From contig JAQXNC010000048.1 in NCBI GenBank assembly GCA_029097145.1, positions 1-48,039 of the forward strand: a stretch of 48,039 nucleotides of DNA, read 5' to 3'. Origin of the DNA: Bacillota bacterium. Its GTDB lineage: Bacteria > Bacillota_I > Bacilli_A > Erysipelotrichales > Erysipelotrichaceae. The position numbers were made by a program, and so were the translations under genes. Under the pieces are notes generated by a model. It did not search any database, was not told the DNA's origin, and saw only the letters and a program-made list of their open reading frames with translations. Below are positions 19,183 to 29,766 of the stretch, one piece after another; position 1 is the first letter of the stretch, and each line of letters opens with the position of its first letter.

Positions 19183-22122
19183 ATGTTTCTAAAGAGGATC
19201 GAAATGCAAGGATTTAAATCTTTTGCAGATCGAGTTGTAATAAATTTTGAAAATAGTGTCACAGGTGTTGTAGGGCCTAATGGTTGTGGTAAATCAAATA
19301 TTTCTGATGCTATACGTTGGGTTTTAGGTGAACAGAGCGTAAAATCATTAAGAGGAGAAAAAATGACAGATGTCATCTTTTCTGGGTCAGAAAATCGTAA
19401 GGCACAAAACATGGCTGAAGTAACACTGGTTTTTGATAATTCAAAACATTATTTAAATTCAGATCTCGAAGAGATTGAAGTGACCAGAAGAATATACAGT
19501 ACAGAACAGGATGCTGAATATCTGATTAATCGAAATCATGTCAGATTAAAAGATATTGTTGATTTAATACTAGATAGCGGTCTTGGTAAAGATTCTTTAT
19601 CAATGATTTCACAAGGAAACATTAGTGCTTTTGCAGAAGCGAAACCATATGAACGTCGTGCAATATTTGAAGAAGCAGCTGGAGTAGCAAAATATAAAAA
19701 GAGAAAACTGGAGTCACTAAATAGACTCGAAAGAACCAAAGATAACCTGGAAAGAACTGCCGATCTTTTAAACGAATTAGAAAAACAGGTATCACCTTTA
19801 AAAAGACAAGCTCGTAAGGCTGAGATTTATCGTGAGAAAAAAGCCAGACTTGAACAGATTGAAATTGCAGTACTTGTAAGAGAAATTACACGATTAAAAG
19901 AAACTAAAGCAGAAATTGAGAAACATCTATTCGATTTGGAAACACAGATTACCATGCATCGTGCAACAATACAGGTAAATGAAAACAATAATCAAAATAG
20001 TAAAGATGAACTTAAAGAAGTTGAAAGAGAAATTAATAACGCAACAGACAGTCTGTTTAAAACAGTAAATGAGATTCAAAAATTAGAGGCTCGTAAAATT
20101 GAAATAGATGAAAAGCGTAAATATGCTATTGAAACAGGAACTTCTGAAGAAAAAATTAAACATACGAAGAGTCTATTGGAAGAAGCTAAATTTGAGTTTG
20201 AAGATCGAAAGGGAAGGCTTGACAGATTGAATGCTGAAATTGATCTTCTAAATAAAAAACTTGAAGAAACTGCATTTGAACTAGCAGAAATTTCACTTAA
20301 GAAAGAAGAAAAAGCTAATATATTACGCCGTTTTGAAAATCGAAAAGAGGTACTTGAGAATCTTATTAAAGATCCATTTTCGTCTCATGCTTTGTCTGGT
20401 GTTAAAGCCATAATGGATAATAAGGATAACTTTTATGGAATTATGGGTGTAGTTGGTCAGGAAATAATAGCTAACAAAGGATATGAAGAAGCTATTTCAA
20501 CTGCTCTTGCTGGTTCGGTTAATCATATCGTTACTAAAGATGAAGCAAGTGCCAGAAAAGCGATTGAATTTCTTAAAAGAAATCGTAGTGGACGAGCTAC
20601 TTTTTTGCCTTGCACAGTAATGAAGATGCGTTATATACCAAAAGATCATGAATTTATTGCAGAGAATACTGATGGTTATATTGGTACTGCAGATACTTTT
20701 GTAACATGTAAGAGTGAATATGATATTATCAAAGGCAGTCTATTAGGTAATGTACTTGTATGTGATAATCTTGAAAATGCCAATAATCTTTCGTCACTTT
20801 TAAATCACAATTATAAAATAGTAACTCTTGATGGTGATGTTGTTCATAAAGGTGGTTCAATGACTGGTGGTAAAGTAAAAAATGAAACATCTATCGTTAC
20901 TGCCAGAAGTGAACTTGATGATATCAATAGAAACCTAGAAAGTTATAAAGCTGAATCTGATTTATTCAGTATTAAATATGCCGATACAGTACATAAAAAA
21001 GGCTCTATAGAATCTTCTATCACAGAAAAAAGAATCTCTATAGCTCAACTTGAACAGATTGTTGATGCAAAAAGGGCTAAATATGAAAAACTAAAAAGTG
21101 AATTTGATCTCTTATCACCAAATGACAATAAAAATGAAGAGTCTTTCAATGACGAAATAATCTCTAAATTAAATGAATCATACGGTAAACGTGATGAATT
21201 GAATTCACTGATTAAAGTTAAGAAATCTTTAAGAACAAAGCTTTCAATGGAAATAGAACGCAAAGAACAGCAGATTCGACAGATTAGAAAAGATCTTGAC
21301 GAAGCCTTAAGCAATGAGAAAAAGATTATTTCACAGGTTGGGTCGATTGATGCCAAACTTGAGAATAATTTTTCAAGGCTAACAAGCGAATATTCAATGA
21401 CATACGATTACGCTTTAGAAAAGGCTGATTTATCAATTGACGAAGATGCCAAGGATGAAGTAATACTTTTACGTAACGAAATTGATGCGCTAGGTAATAT
21501 TAATATGGATGCACCTGAAGAATATTCTAAGGTTAATGAACGTTATGAATTCATGAAGAAAAACTACGATGAATTAGTATCTTCTAGAGACCGTATTCTA
21601 AAAGTTATCGATGAAATGAATGAGATTATGACCAAACAGTTTAAAGAGATGTTTGATAAGATAAACAAAGAATTACCAAATACTTTTGTTTCGCTGTTTG
21701 GCGGCGGTAAGGCTAAGCTGGTTTTAGAAGATCCTGATGATATTCTGAATACAGGAATTGATATCGATGTTCAACCTCCTGGTAAATCAGTTAAATCCAT
21801 TCGACTATTCTCAGGTGGTGAAAAAACACTGATTGCGATATCAGTATTGTTTACTATTTTAAAAGTCAGACCTGTGCCTCTCATTATCTTTGATGAGGTT
21901 GAAGCTGCCTTAGATCAGGCAAATGTTGAACGATTTGCGAAATATGTTAAATCTTTTGAAGAGGATTCTCAGTTTATTATCATCACACATCGTCCAGGAA
22001 CCATGGCTCAATGTGATGTCCTATATGGTGTAACTATGCAACATAGAGGAGTATCACAGATGTTGAAGGTTAAACTACTCGATGCGATTGAAATGGCTGA
22101 AAAGAATGAGGTGATTAACTAA
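19183..22122 (+). CDS. smc: Chromosome partition protein Smc
   Basis: FLKRIEMQGFKSF and GPNGCGKSN Walker A. Long coiled coils with a central hinge. C-terminal LSGGEKTL and IFDEVEAALD. ATG 19183 follows AGGAGG; the track start at 19162 is probably upstream read-in. Confidence 0.95.
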   Translation: MFLKRIEMQGFKSFADRVVINFENSVTGVVGPNGCGKSNISDAIRWVLGEQSVKSLRGEKMTDVIFSGSENRKAQNMAEVTLVFDNSKHYLNSDLEEIEVTRRIYSTEQDAEYLINRNHVRLKDIVDLILDSGLGKDSLSMISQGNISAFAEAKPYERRAIFEEAAGVAKYKKRKLESLNRLERTKDNLERTADLLNELEKQVSPLKRQARKAEIYREKKARLEQIEIAVLVREITRLKETKAEIEKHLFDLETQITMHRATIQVNENNNQNSKDELKEVEREINNATDSLFKTVNEIQKLEARKIEIDEKRKYAIETGTSEEKIKHTKSLLEEAKFEFEDRKGRLDRLNAEIDLLNKKLEETAFELAEISLKKEEKANILRRFENRKEVLENLIKDPFSSHALSGVKAIMDNKDNFYGIMGVVGQEIIANKGYEEAISTALAGSVNHIVTKDEASARKAIEFLKRNRSGRATFLPCTVMKMRYIPKDHEFIAENTDGYIGTADTFVTCKSEYDIIKGSLLGNVLVCDNLENANNLSSLLNHNYKIVTLDGDVVHKGGSMTGGKVKNETSIVTARSELDDINRNLESYKAESDLFSIKYADTVHKKGSIESSITEKRISIAQLEQIVDAKRAKYEKLKSEFDLLSPNDNKNEESFNDEIISKLNESYGKRDELNSLIKVKKSLRTKLSMEIERKEQQIRQIRKDLDEALSNEKKIISQVGSIDAKLENNFSRLTSEYSMTYDYALEKADLSIDEDAKDEVILLRNEIDALGNINMDAPEEYSKVNERYEFMKKNYDELVSSRDRILKVIDEMNEIMTKQFKEMFDKINKELPNTFVSLFGGGKAKLVLEDPDDILNTGIDIDVQPPGKSVKSIRLFSGGEKTLIAISVLFTILKVRPVPLIIFDEVEAALDQANVERFAKYVKSFEEDSQFIIITHRPGTMAQCDVLYGVTMQHRGVSQMLKVKLLDAIEMAEKNEVIN

Positions 22123-23087
22123 TGGGTTTTTTTGATAATTTAAAAGAAAAGTTTTCAAATAAAGATAAGGAAAAATATCTTAGTGGATTTGCAAACACCA
22201 ATAAAGCTTTAGGTGCCAAGCTTAAAGTAATGACTGACGGTAAGATTAATAAAGATACTTTCATGGAAGATTTAATGATTACTTTATTGGAAAGTGATCT
22301 TGGATATCATACCGCTAATAAAATCTGTGATTATTTCATTAAAGAAATAGATAATTATGTTTATTTGAATCAGCAAAACATTTTTGAAATTCTACATGAC
22401 AGCTTAAAAAATATATATGGATCTGATGAAAAAGAAATTCATTATAACCCCAATGGACCAACTGTTATCCTGATGGTCGGTGTTAATGGTAGTGGAAAAA
22501 CCAGTACAACTGCTAAGCTTGCTAAAATGTTTAAAGATCAGGGAAAGAAAGTGTGCCTTGTTGCAGCAGACACTTTTAGAGCTGGTGCTATTGAACAATT
22601 AGATAAATGGGCTAAAAAGCTTGATGTCGATATTGTCAAGGGTGTTGAAAACCGCGATCCAAGTAGTGTTTTAGTTGATGGATGTCGCTACGCTAAGCAG
22701 CACGATATCGATATCCTTATTTGTGATACTGCAGGTCGTTTACAGAATAAAATTAATCTTATGAATGAACTAGCTAAAATGAATAAGGTTATAGGAAGAG
22801 AAATTGAAGGCGCACCGCATAACACTTGGCTTGTGCTAGATGCTAATACTGGTCAGAATGGCCTTTCACAAGCGAAATTGTTTAACGAAGTAACAAATCT
22901 AAGCGGTATTATTCTTACCAAAATGGATGGTACTTCAAAAGGTGGTATTGTAGTTGCAATTAAAGATGCTACAAATGTTCCGGTATACTTTATTACACTT
23001 GGTGAAACGATGGATGATTTAAAGGAATTCAATCTGGACTTGTATCTATACAGTATTATTGAGGATTTAGATAATGATTCACGATAA
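22122..23087 (+). CDS. ftsY: Signal recognition particle receptor FtsY
   Basis: NG domain with GVNGSGKTST, DTAGRL, TKMDGT and GGI motifs. TAATG overlap with smc. Confidence 0.95.
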   Translation: MGFFDNLKEKFSNKDKEKYLSGFANTNKALGAKLKVMTDGKINKDTFMEDLMITLLESDLGYHTANKICDYFIKEIDNYVYLNQQNIFEILHDSLKNIYGSDEKEIHYNPNGPTVILMVGVNGSGKTSTTAKLAKMFKDQGKKVCLVAADTFRAGAIEQLDKWAKKLDVDIVKGVENRDPSSVLVDGCRYAKQHDIDILICDTAGRLQNKINLMNELAKMNKVIGREIEGAPHNTWLVLDANTGQNGLSQAKLFNEVTNLSGIILTKMDGTSKGGIVVAIKDATNVPVYFITLGETMDDLKEFNLDLYLYSIIEDLDNDSR

Positions 23088-23403
23088 AACACAGGGTAAT
23101 CTTCTGATTGATTTTTATGGAGAATTATTAACTGATAGACAAAATGAGGTCTTGAGTCATTACTACAGTGATGATTTATCGATGCAAGAAATTGCTGATG
23201 AACTTGGAATATCAAAAAGTGCGGTCTCTGATTTATTGCATAGATCAACATCACAGTTACAGGAATATGAAGATAAGCTGAAACTTATTAGTTCTTATCA
23301 GAAAAGAAATTCCATATATGAACAATTATTAGCACTTAATGATAAAAGAGTGTTAGAATATGTAAGTAAATTAAAAAATATTGACAGGGAGGAAATAGAA
23401 TAA
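23074..23403 (+). CDS. ylxM: YlxM/p13-like putative DNA-binding protein (UPF0122)
   Basis: 109 aa. YYSDDLSMQEIADELGISKSAVSDLLHR sigma-70 region-4-like HTH. Follows ftsY as in Bacillus. Confidence 0.8.
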   Translation: MIHDKTQGNLLIDFYGELLTDRQNEVLSHYYSDDLSMQEIADELGISKSAVSDLLHRSTSQLQEYEDKLKLISSYQKRNSIYEQLLALNDKRVLEYVSKLKNIDREEIE

Positions 23404-24600
23404 ATGTCAAAGATTATAGCTGTAAATGCTGGTAGTTCTTCTTTAAAATTCCAATTATTCTCAATGCCTGAAGAAAAAGTACTTACTTCTGGTGTTGCTG
23501 AAAGAATTGGATTGGAAGAAGGTATTTTCACTATCAAAGTTAACAACGAAAAACACACAACAAATACTCCAATTAAAGACCATAGTGTTGCGGTAAACTT
23601 ATTACTTGAAGCGCTGGTTAAATATGGAATTGTAAAAGATCTAACCGAAATTAATGGTGCTGGTCATCGTATTGTGCAGGGTGGTGCATATTTTGATCAA
23701 TCTGTCAAAGTAGATGAAGATGTAGTTAGTAAAGTTGAAGAACTATGCGATTTGGCTCCATTACATAATCCTGCTCATTTAGTTTGTTATAGAGCATTTA
23801 AGGAAGCTCTTCCAAATATTGAACATGTATTCGTATTTGATACTGCTTTCCATCAGACAATGGGTCCAGAATCTTATTTATTCCCAGTACCAATGAACTG
23901 GTATACTGACTATAAAGTAAGAAGATATGGCGCACATGGTACATCTCACCAGTATGTATCTGAAAGAGCTGCTGCATTGATGAATAAAGATATTAAAGAT
24001 ACTAATATCATTACATGTCACTTAGGTAATGGAGCTTCTATTACTGCTATCAAGGGTGGTAAATGTATCAATACTTCAATGGGTTTAACTCCATTAGGTG
24101 GTATTATGATGGGTACAAGATCTGGTGACCTCGATCCAACTGTAGTATTCTACATGATGAAAAAGTTAAATTGCACTCCTGATGAAATGGATACTTATTT
24201 GAACAAGAAATCAGGTATGCTTGGTATCTCAGGAATCTCAAGTGATGCTAGAGATGTTCAGGCTGCAGCTGAAGCAGGAAACGAAAGAGCTATTCTTACC
24301 CAGGAACTTTACGTAAATCGTGTTATCAATGTTCTTGGAGGTTATGTTATGCAGTTAGGTCATGTTGATGCGATTGCATTCACTGCTGGTTTAGGAGAGA
24401 ATGACGTTAATATGCGTGGAATGATTCTTAAGGCATGTGAAGAAGCATTAGGTTTATCAATTGATTATGATCTAAATGCAACTGTGCGTGGAAAAGAAGT
24501 GAAAATCTCTAACGAAGATTCAAAGGTTAACGTATTTGTTATACCAACAAATGAAGAAGTTGTTATCGCTAGAGATACAATGAGAATTTTAGGTTTATAA
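23404..24600 (+). CDS. ackA: Acetate kinase
   Basis: KIIAVNAGSSSLKFQLF, GHRIVQGG, RRYGAHGTSH and EEVVIARD motifs, 398 aa. Confidence 0.97.
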   Translation: MSKIIAVNAGSSSLKFQLFSMPEEKVLTSGVAERIGLEEGIFTIKVNNEKHTTNTPIKDHSVAVNLLLEALVKYGIVKDLTEINGAGHRIVQGGAYFDQSVKVDEDVVSKVEELCDLAPLHNPAHLVCYRAFKEALPNIEHVFVFDTAFHQTMGPESYLFPVPMNWYTDYKVRRYGAHGTSHQYVSERAAALMNKDIKDTNIITCHLGNGASITAIKGGKCINTSMGLTPLGGIMMGTRSGDLDPTVVFYMMKKLNCTPDEMDTYLNKKSGMLGISGISSDARDVQAAAEAGNERAILTQELYVNRVINVLGGYVMQLGHVDAIAFTAGLGENDVNMRGMILKACEEALGLSIDYDLNATVRGKEVKISNEDSKVNVFVIPTNEEVVIARDTMRILGL

Positions 24601-24602
24601 TC

Positions 24603-25538
24603 ATGGATTATAAACCTTTATTAAATTTGATAAAAGAATACGATACCATAACACTTTTCAGACATTCAAGGCCTGATTGTGATGCTGTTGGATCACAACT
24701 TGGTATGGCAACATTTATTAAGGATAATTTTCCAGGAAAAAGAGTATATGTGTGCGGTAGTGAAAAGTCAAATGTGTATCCTGTTCTAGATAATGTCAGT
24801 GATATCATTATTAAAGAATCTTTAGCTATAATTCTTGATACAGCAAACAGAGATCGAATAGATGATCGAAGATGTCTTATGGCAAATAAGATTGTAAAAA
24901 TTGATCATCATCCAGTTGTTGATATATATGGTGATCTGAGATTTGAAAATGATAAAGCTGCAGCCTGCGCTGAAATAGTTGCTCTAATGCTTAACGATGA
25001 AACATTTAGTGATTATGTAATATCGAAGCAATGTGCTACTTATTTATATTCAGGTTTGGTATCTGACACACTTAAATTTTCAACTACATCAACATCATCA
25101 GAAACTTTAAAAGCTGCCAGTATTCTATCTTCAAAGAATATAGATATTTATGAAATAAATAATGTTTTATTCTCAAGAAGCTATGATAGATATAGATTCA
25201 TTACGTATATGAGGACTAAAATTGAATACGAAAATGGACTAGCGGTAGTAATATTTAAATCAGATGAATACGAGAAATATAATATCGATGCATCAACTGC
25301 CAGAAATTACATCTCTGAGCTTGGATCTGTAACTGAATTCAAAATTTGGGCTATATTCACTCAAAATGAGGAGGGGGCCTTTGATGGTTCATTAAGATCA
25401 CAAAAAGGTTATGTAGTTAATAAAATAGCTGGAAAATATCATGGCGGAGGACATGAAAATGCTGCAGGTGTTAAAAATTTATCTGAAGATGATTTAAAGC
25501 AGATTAGAAATGAATTATTGAAAGAAATATGTGATTAA
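24603..25538 (+). CDS. nrnA: DHH/DHHA1 phosphoesterase (NrnA-like oligoribonuclease / pAp phosphatase)
   Basis: Motifs HSRPDCDAVGS, LDTAN, KIDHH and GGGHENAAG, 311 aa. Confidence 0.75.
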   Translation: MDYKPLLNLIKEYDTITLFRHSRPDCDAVGSQLGMATFIKDNFPGKRVYVCGSEKSNVYPVLDNVSDIIIKESLAIILDTANRDRIDDRRCLMANKIVKIDHHPVVDIYGDLRFENDKAAACAEIVALMLNDETFSDYVISKQCATYLYSGLVSDTLKFSTTSTSSETLKAASILSSKNIDIYEINNVLFSRSYDRYRFITYMRTKIEYENGLAVVIFKSDEYEKYNIDASTARNYISELGSVTEFKIWAIFTQNEEGAFDGSLRSQKGYVVNKIAGKYHGGGHENAAGVKNLSEDDLKQIRNELLKEICD

Positions 25539-25570
25539 ATTCACATATATCTAAAATATAATCTATTATA

Positions 25571-25599
25571 TTGAATTAGTATAGCTTTAATTGTATAAT
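25571..25599 (+). promoter_or_regulatory. Putative sigma-A promoter of hup
   Basis: TTGAAT (25571-25576), 17-nt spacer, TATAAT (25594-25599). AAAGGAGG RBS downstream. Confidence 0.5.
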
Positions 25600-25628
25600 T
25601 ATAAAGCTATTAAAGGAGGTAAATTATA

Positions 25629-25913
25629 ATGGCAGATGTACTAAATAAAAAAGCTTTAGTAGATGTTATAGCAGAAGAAACAGATGTTACTAAGAAGTCA
25701 GCTGCAGCTACTGTTGATTTAGTATTTGACACTATTGCAAATACATTAAAGAATGGTGGTAAAGTTGATATTCCTGGTTTTGGTAAATTTGAAGTAAAGC
25801 ATAGAAATGCACGTAAAGGAATTAATCCATCAACTCGTGAAAGCATGGATATTGCAGCAAGCAATGTTCCATCATTCAAAGCTTCAAAAGTATTAAAAGA
25901 CTTAGTTAAGTAA
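25629..25913 (+). CDS. hup: DNA-binding protein HU
   Basis: 94 aa with GFGKFEV..R.AR.GINP.T and PSFKASK, typical of HU. The longer antisense ORF 25610-25975 is rejected. Confidence 0.95.
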   Translation: MADVLNKKALVDVIAEETDVTKKSAAATVDLVFDTIANTLKNGGKVDIPGFGKFEVKHRNARKGINPSTRESMDIAASNVPSFKASKVLKDLVK

Positions 25914-25942
25914 TTAAGAAAATAGATTAAATAAAAAAACAA

Positions 25943-25990
25943 AAGCAGATTTCTAATTGATTTATTAATAATCATATTGGTAATCTGCTT
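25943..25990. terminator. Bidirectional terminator hairpin between hup (+) and deoB (-)
   Basis: AAGCAGATT (25943-25951) pairs with AATCTGCTT (25982-25990) around a large loop. T-rich on the + side (tatttatt). A clean T-run on the - strand side (complement of 25934-25942). Confidence 0.5.
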
Positions 25991-26035
25991 TATTTATTAG
26001 TTACATTATATAGTTCGCATAATGTATATTATTCA

Positions 26036-27211
26036 TCATTTTATTATATTTAGAAATGAAGTACCATTTAATGGTTTCTCAACATTATGACGCTCTGCTA
26101 AAGTTGCTGCTATGTCTGCAAATGTATTACGCATATCCATGAAGCCTGAACCGGTGTTATTCTTCTTATACGCTACAAGCGGAACAAATTCTCTTGTATG
26201 GTCAGTTCCGTGCCATGTAGGATCATTTCCATGGTCAGCAGTGATAATTAGTAAGTCATCTTCATGTAGTACTTCAATCAAATCTCCTAAGAGATTATCA
26301 AAATCTGATAATTCTTTTGCATACCCTTCCGCATTACGACGATGACCCCATTTCGCATCAAAATCTACTAAGTTTACAAAACATAAACCATTAAAATCTT
26401 CCTTAGCGACATCAATTGTCTGCTTCATTCCTTCAACACTCGATTTTGATTTAATAGCTTTTGTGATGCCCTTAGTATTAAATATATCATTTATCTTACC
26501 AATGCTTATGACGTCGAGATTGGCTTCTTTGAAATTCTCAAGAACTGTCTTCTCAAATGGATCAAGAGCGTAATCATGTCGGTTTGCAGTACGAGTAAAT
26601 GTATCCTTATCTTTGCCAACAAATGGTCTTGCGATTACACGTCCTAATAGCCATTCCGGTTTCATAACTATTTCACGTGCAATTTCACAACATCTATATA
26701 GTTCCTCAAGACCAGTTTTTTCTTCGTTGGCCGCAATCTGCAACACAGAATCAGCTGATGTATATAGTATTAATTCACCTGTTTTTAGATGCTGTTCGCC
26801 TAAATCATGTATTATTTCAGTACCTGAAGCTGCTATATTCCCAATGTATTTATGGCCAGTTCTATCTTCAAGTTCTTTAACTAATTCATCTGGGAATCCT
26901 GTTTCAGTAAATGTTATAAATGGTTTATCAATATATAAACCCATCATTTCCCAATGTCCAACCATAGTGTCTTTTCCTACTGAAGCCTCATGCATTTTAG
27001 TTACATAAGCAGCTGGTTTTTCTACTGCGTCATTACCTTCTACTTTTACAAGATTACATAAACCAAGTTTCTGAAGATTAGGAATTTTATATACCCCTCC
27101 TGTTGCTTCAAAAATATGTTTGAGTGTATTAGCTCCATCATCGTTATATAAATAAGATTTATCGTCAGAACCAACACCAAGTGAATCAATTACAATTACA
27201 AAACTTCTCAT
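26036..27211 (-). CDS. deoB: Phosphopentomutase
   Basis: 391 aa. [15 protein letters not shown] and TADHGNDPT motifs. Abuts the xerD stop. Confidence 0.95.
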   Translation of the reverse strand: MRSFVIVIDSLGVGSDDKSYLYNDDGANTLKHIFEATGGVYKIPNLQKLGLCNLVKVEGNDAVEKPAAYVTKMHEASVGKDTMVGHWEMMGLYIDKPFITFTETGFPDELVKELEDRTGHKYIGNIAASGTEIIHDLGEQHLKTGELILYTSADSVLQIAANEEKTGLEELYRCCEIAREIVMKPEWLLGRVIARPFVGKDKDTFTRTANRHDYALDPFEKTVLENFKEANLDVISIGKINDIFNTKGITKAIKSKSSVEGMKQTIDVAKEDFNGLCFVNLVDFDAKWGHRRNAEGYAKELSDFDNLLGDLIEVLHEDDLLIITADHGNDPTWHGTDHTREFVPLVAYKKNNTGSGFMDMRNTFADIAATLAERHNVEKPLNGTSFLNIIK

Positions 27212-28117
27212 TTATTTCTTCTCCTTTTTCGCTAACGGATGACACTGCATGTAGATATTTTTAAGTCTTTCTTCTTCAACATGCGTGTAGATTTCGGTCG
27301 TTGAGATATCTTCGTGTCCAAGCAGCTCCTGAACAGTTCTTAAATCAGCACCGCCTTCAAGTAAATGTGTAGCATAACTATGTCTTAGTTTATGTGGCGT
27401 CACATGCTTTTTAATAGACGTCTTAGTGACAGTTCTATCTATCAGCCTTTCAACATATACTGTGTTAAGCCGTTTTGATAAATGATTAATAAAAAAATAC
27501 GGTTTATTTGAAGATGAAGATTTTAACCAGATACTTCGAATATTCAAATATTTTTTCATCAAAGATATAGAGCCATCAGGCACTGGTATCATGCGTATTT
27601 TACTGCCCTTCCCCTTGACTCTTATTATTTTAGTATCAAGATTAACTTCATTCAACTTGAGGTTTACGCATTCACTTACTCTTAATCCCATACCGTATAT
27701 AGTTTCTAAAATAGCGTGATGATATAAATCTTTAGGATCATCATCATTAAAGGTAGCCATTAGTTCATTTATTTCATCAACAGTAAGATATACTGGCAAT
27801 GATTTAAGTGATTTATGAACCTCAATATTAGATGCCGGATTATTTATATTATATCTGTCATCGATAAAACGATGGAAGGTTCTGATACTTGTTTTTATGT
27901 GATTTAAAGATGAGGAAGCATAACTGTCGTTAATTGAATACAGGTATTCACTGATTATTTCAAACGTCACATCTTCTACATTAGATATATTGTTATTGCT
28001 CAAATAGTCAATATAGCTTTTTAATTCTCTACTATATGATTTAATAGTCTTTTGAGAATAACCTTCATGGATACTAATGTAATTAATGTATTCGATTAAA
28101 GCTGCAGATAATTTCAT
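27212..28117 (-). CDS. xerD: Tyrosine site-specific recombinase XerD/RipX-like
   Basis: C-terminal HKLRHSYATHLLEGGADLRTVQELLGHEDISTTEIYTHV with catalytic Tyr. Adjacent to deoB as ripX-drm is in B. subtilis. The ATG overlaps the recN stop (ATGA). Confidence 0.8.
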   Translation of the reverse strand: MKLSAALIEYINYISIHEGYSQKTIKSYSRELKSYIDYLSNNNISNVEDVTFEIISEYLYSINDSYASSSLNHIKTSIRTFHRFIDDRYNINNPASNIEVHKSLKSLPVYLTVDEINELMATFNDDDPKDLYHHAILETIYGMGLRVSECVNLKLNEVNLDTKIIRVKGKGSKIRMIPVPDGSISLMKKYLNIRSIWLKSSSSNKPYFFINHLSKRLNTVYVERLIDRTVTKTSIKKHVTPHKLRHSYATHLLEGGADLRTVQELLGHEDISTTEIYTHVEEERLKNIYMQCHPLAKKEKK

Positions 28118-29766
28118 AATTTCATTTTTATCTCCATAGCTTTTTCATACAGTTCGTTAGCAGCATTTAGAGCGCTTTCTGATGTACTTGACGAAGATAT
28201 CAATGATAGTTGTCTAATACGTTCTTCATCGTTTAATAAAGTAATATCTGAAGAAGTACGATCACCATCTTCTTTTTTCGATACATAATAATGCGCATCT
28301 CCAAAAGCTGCTACTTGTGAAAGATGAGTTATCGATAAAACTTGTGTATATTTAGATATCTTGGCCATTTTCATACCGATGGCAAAAGCTGCCTTTCCAC
28401 TTACACCAGTATCAATTTCATCAAATACAGCAAGTTTTACAGAAGAAATCTTTGTAAATATTGATTTTAAAGCCAGTAATATACGTGATATTTCACCTCC
28501 GCTTGCTGTTTTAATCAATGATTTATAGTCTTCGCCCTTGTTGGTGCATATTCCAAATTCAATGTCATCAATTCCATTAGCTGATGCTTAAATAGTATTA
28601 AAAACGACTTTAAAATCAAAATATTTTAACTCAAGACCTTTTGCTTCCCCAACAATTGATTTTGAAAGCTCTAGTGCGGCTTTTTTTCTCTTTTCGGATA
28701 AAATACTAGCTTTGTCTAAAAACCTCGTATATGCCTTAGAAATAGCCTTTTCATATTCTTTTATATATTCAGTGCGATTTTCAAAAGCTTCAATACGACG
28801 ATTTAATTCGTTGCGCATCTCAAGTATCTCTTTAACATCTTTGTTATATTTCCTCTTCAACCGATTAATTGTATACAATCTTTCTTCTACACGATTAATC
28901 TCATCCTCTGAAATATCAGAACTTTTTATTAATTTACTGATATTTGAAAACATTTCATCTATCTCATAATACTTTTCTTTTAGATGTTTTTGAATATCAT
29001 TTATTTCACTGTTATCAATATCCAACTCCTTAATAGCTTCATATAGCCTTTCGTCTATGCCGCCTTGCATGGAATATAATTCATAGGCTGTATTAAGGTG
29101 TTTCAGATATTTCGCTGCATCTTTTGCCATTTTTGATTTCGCTTCAAGTTCTTCGAATTCTCCTTCAAATAGCCCTGCATCATCAATTTCTTTAATCTGA
29201 TAACGATAATAATCAATATCGTTCTGTGAATCGTTAGACTCAAGATATTCATTATATTCTTTTTTAACTTTTGAATATATATGAAACAGACTGTTAACTT
29301 CATCTATAAGTTCTTTTTGATTCATGTACTGATCTAATAGTTTTAAATGATTGTGTTGATTTAATAAGTATTGCGAATCTTTTTGAGAATGTATATCAAT
29401 ACTCTCATTTAAAAGATTACTTAAGAAAGAGAGACTTACACTTCTGTTATTTACTCTGATGGTATTCTTAGATTCACTGTTAAATGTTCGATAAACAATC
29501 AATTCATCATCATATTCAATCTCATTTTCATCCAGGATACTACAGATTCTCTCATCCAATTCAAAAACACCTTCTATAACTGCTTTAGCAGCCCCTTTTC
29601 TAATATACGATACATCTGATCTACCACCTTTTAGAAACGAAAGTGCTCCTACAATAATTGATTTACCTGCTCCAGTTTCACCAGTGAATACATTAAAACC
29701 ATTACTGAAATCAATTCGTAATTCATCTATTATCGCAAAATCTTTAATATATATACTTTTTAACAT
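28114..29766 (-). pseudogene. recN: DNA repair protein RecN interrupted by a single in-frame TAA
   Basis: ORF 28588-29766 has the RecN N-terminus (FTGETGAGKSI Walker A plus coiled coil). ORF 28114-28518 has the RecN C-terminus (ASGGEISR signature, AVFDEIDTGVSG Walker B). My translation across the gap stays in the same frame: ...FKVVFNTI * ASANGIDDIEFGICTNKGEDYKSLIKTASGGEISR. The stop is at 28588-28590 (tta on the + strand). Confidence 0.8.

Noticed and set aside
22853-23254. 133-aa antisense ORF across the ftsY/ylxM junction. Similar antisense ORFs occur at 26613-27008, 32118-32450, 42475-42762, 43552-43836, 21045-21356 and 18148-18393.
   Set aside because: All lie opposite strongly supported housekeeping genes, lack RBS or promoter signals and translate to Ser/Leu/Ile/Phe-rich sequence without recognisable domains.
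25527-25548. Short hairpin ATATGTGA-TTAAAT-TCACATAT overlapping the nrnA stop, as a terminator
   Set aside because: The stem is only 8 bp and AT-rich, with no following T-run. The hup promoter follows directly, so any termination role is unsupported.
25610-25975. 121-aa minus-strand ORF, longer than and fully overlapping hup
   Set aside because: The plus-strand frame encodes an unmistakable HU protein with promoter, RBS and terminator. The antisense translation is low-complexity with no motifs, which is typical of a shadow ORF in AT-rich DNA.
27212-28117. Tyrosine recombinase as a marker of an integrated mobile element
   Set aside because: It is embedded by overlapping or abutting stop/start codons between recN and deoB, the XerD/RipX-drm arrangement of Bacillus. 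There are no flanking repeats, tRNA gene or phage/IS genes.
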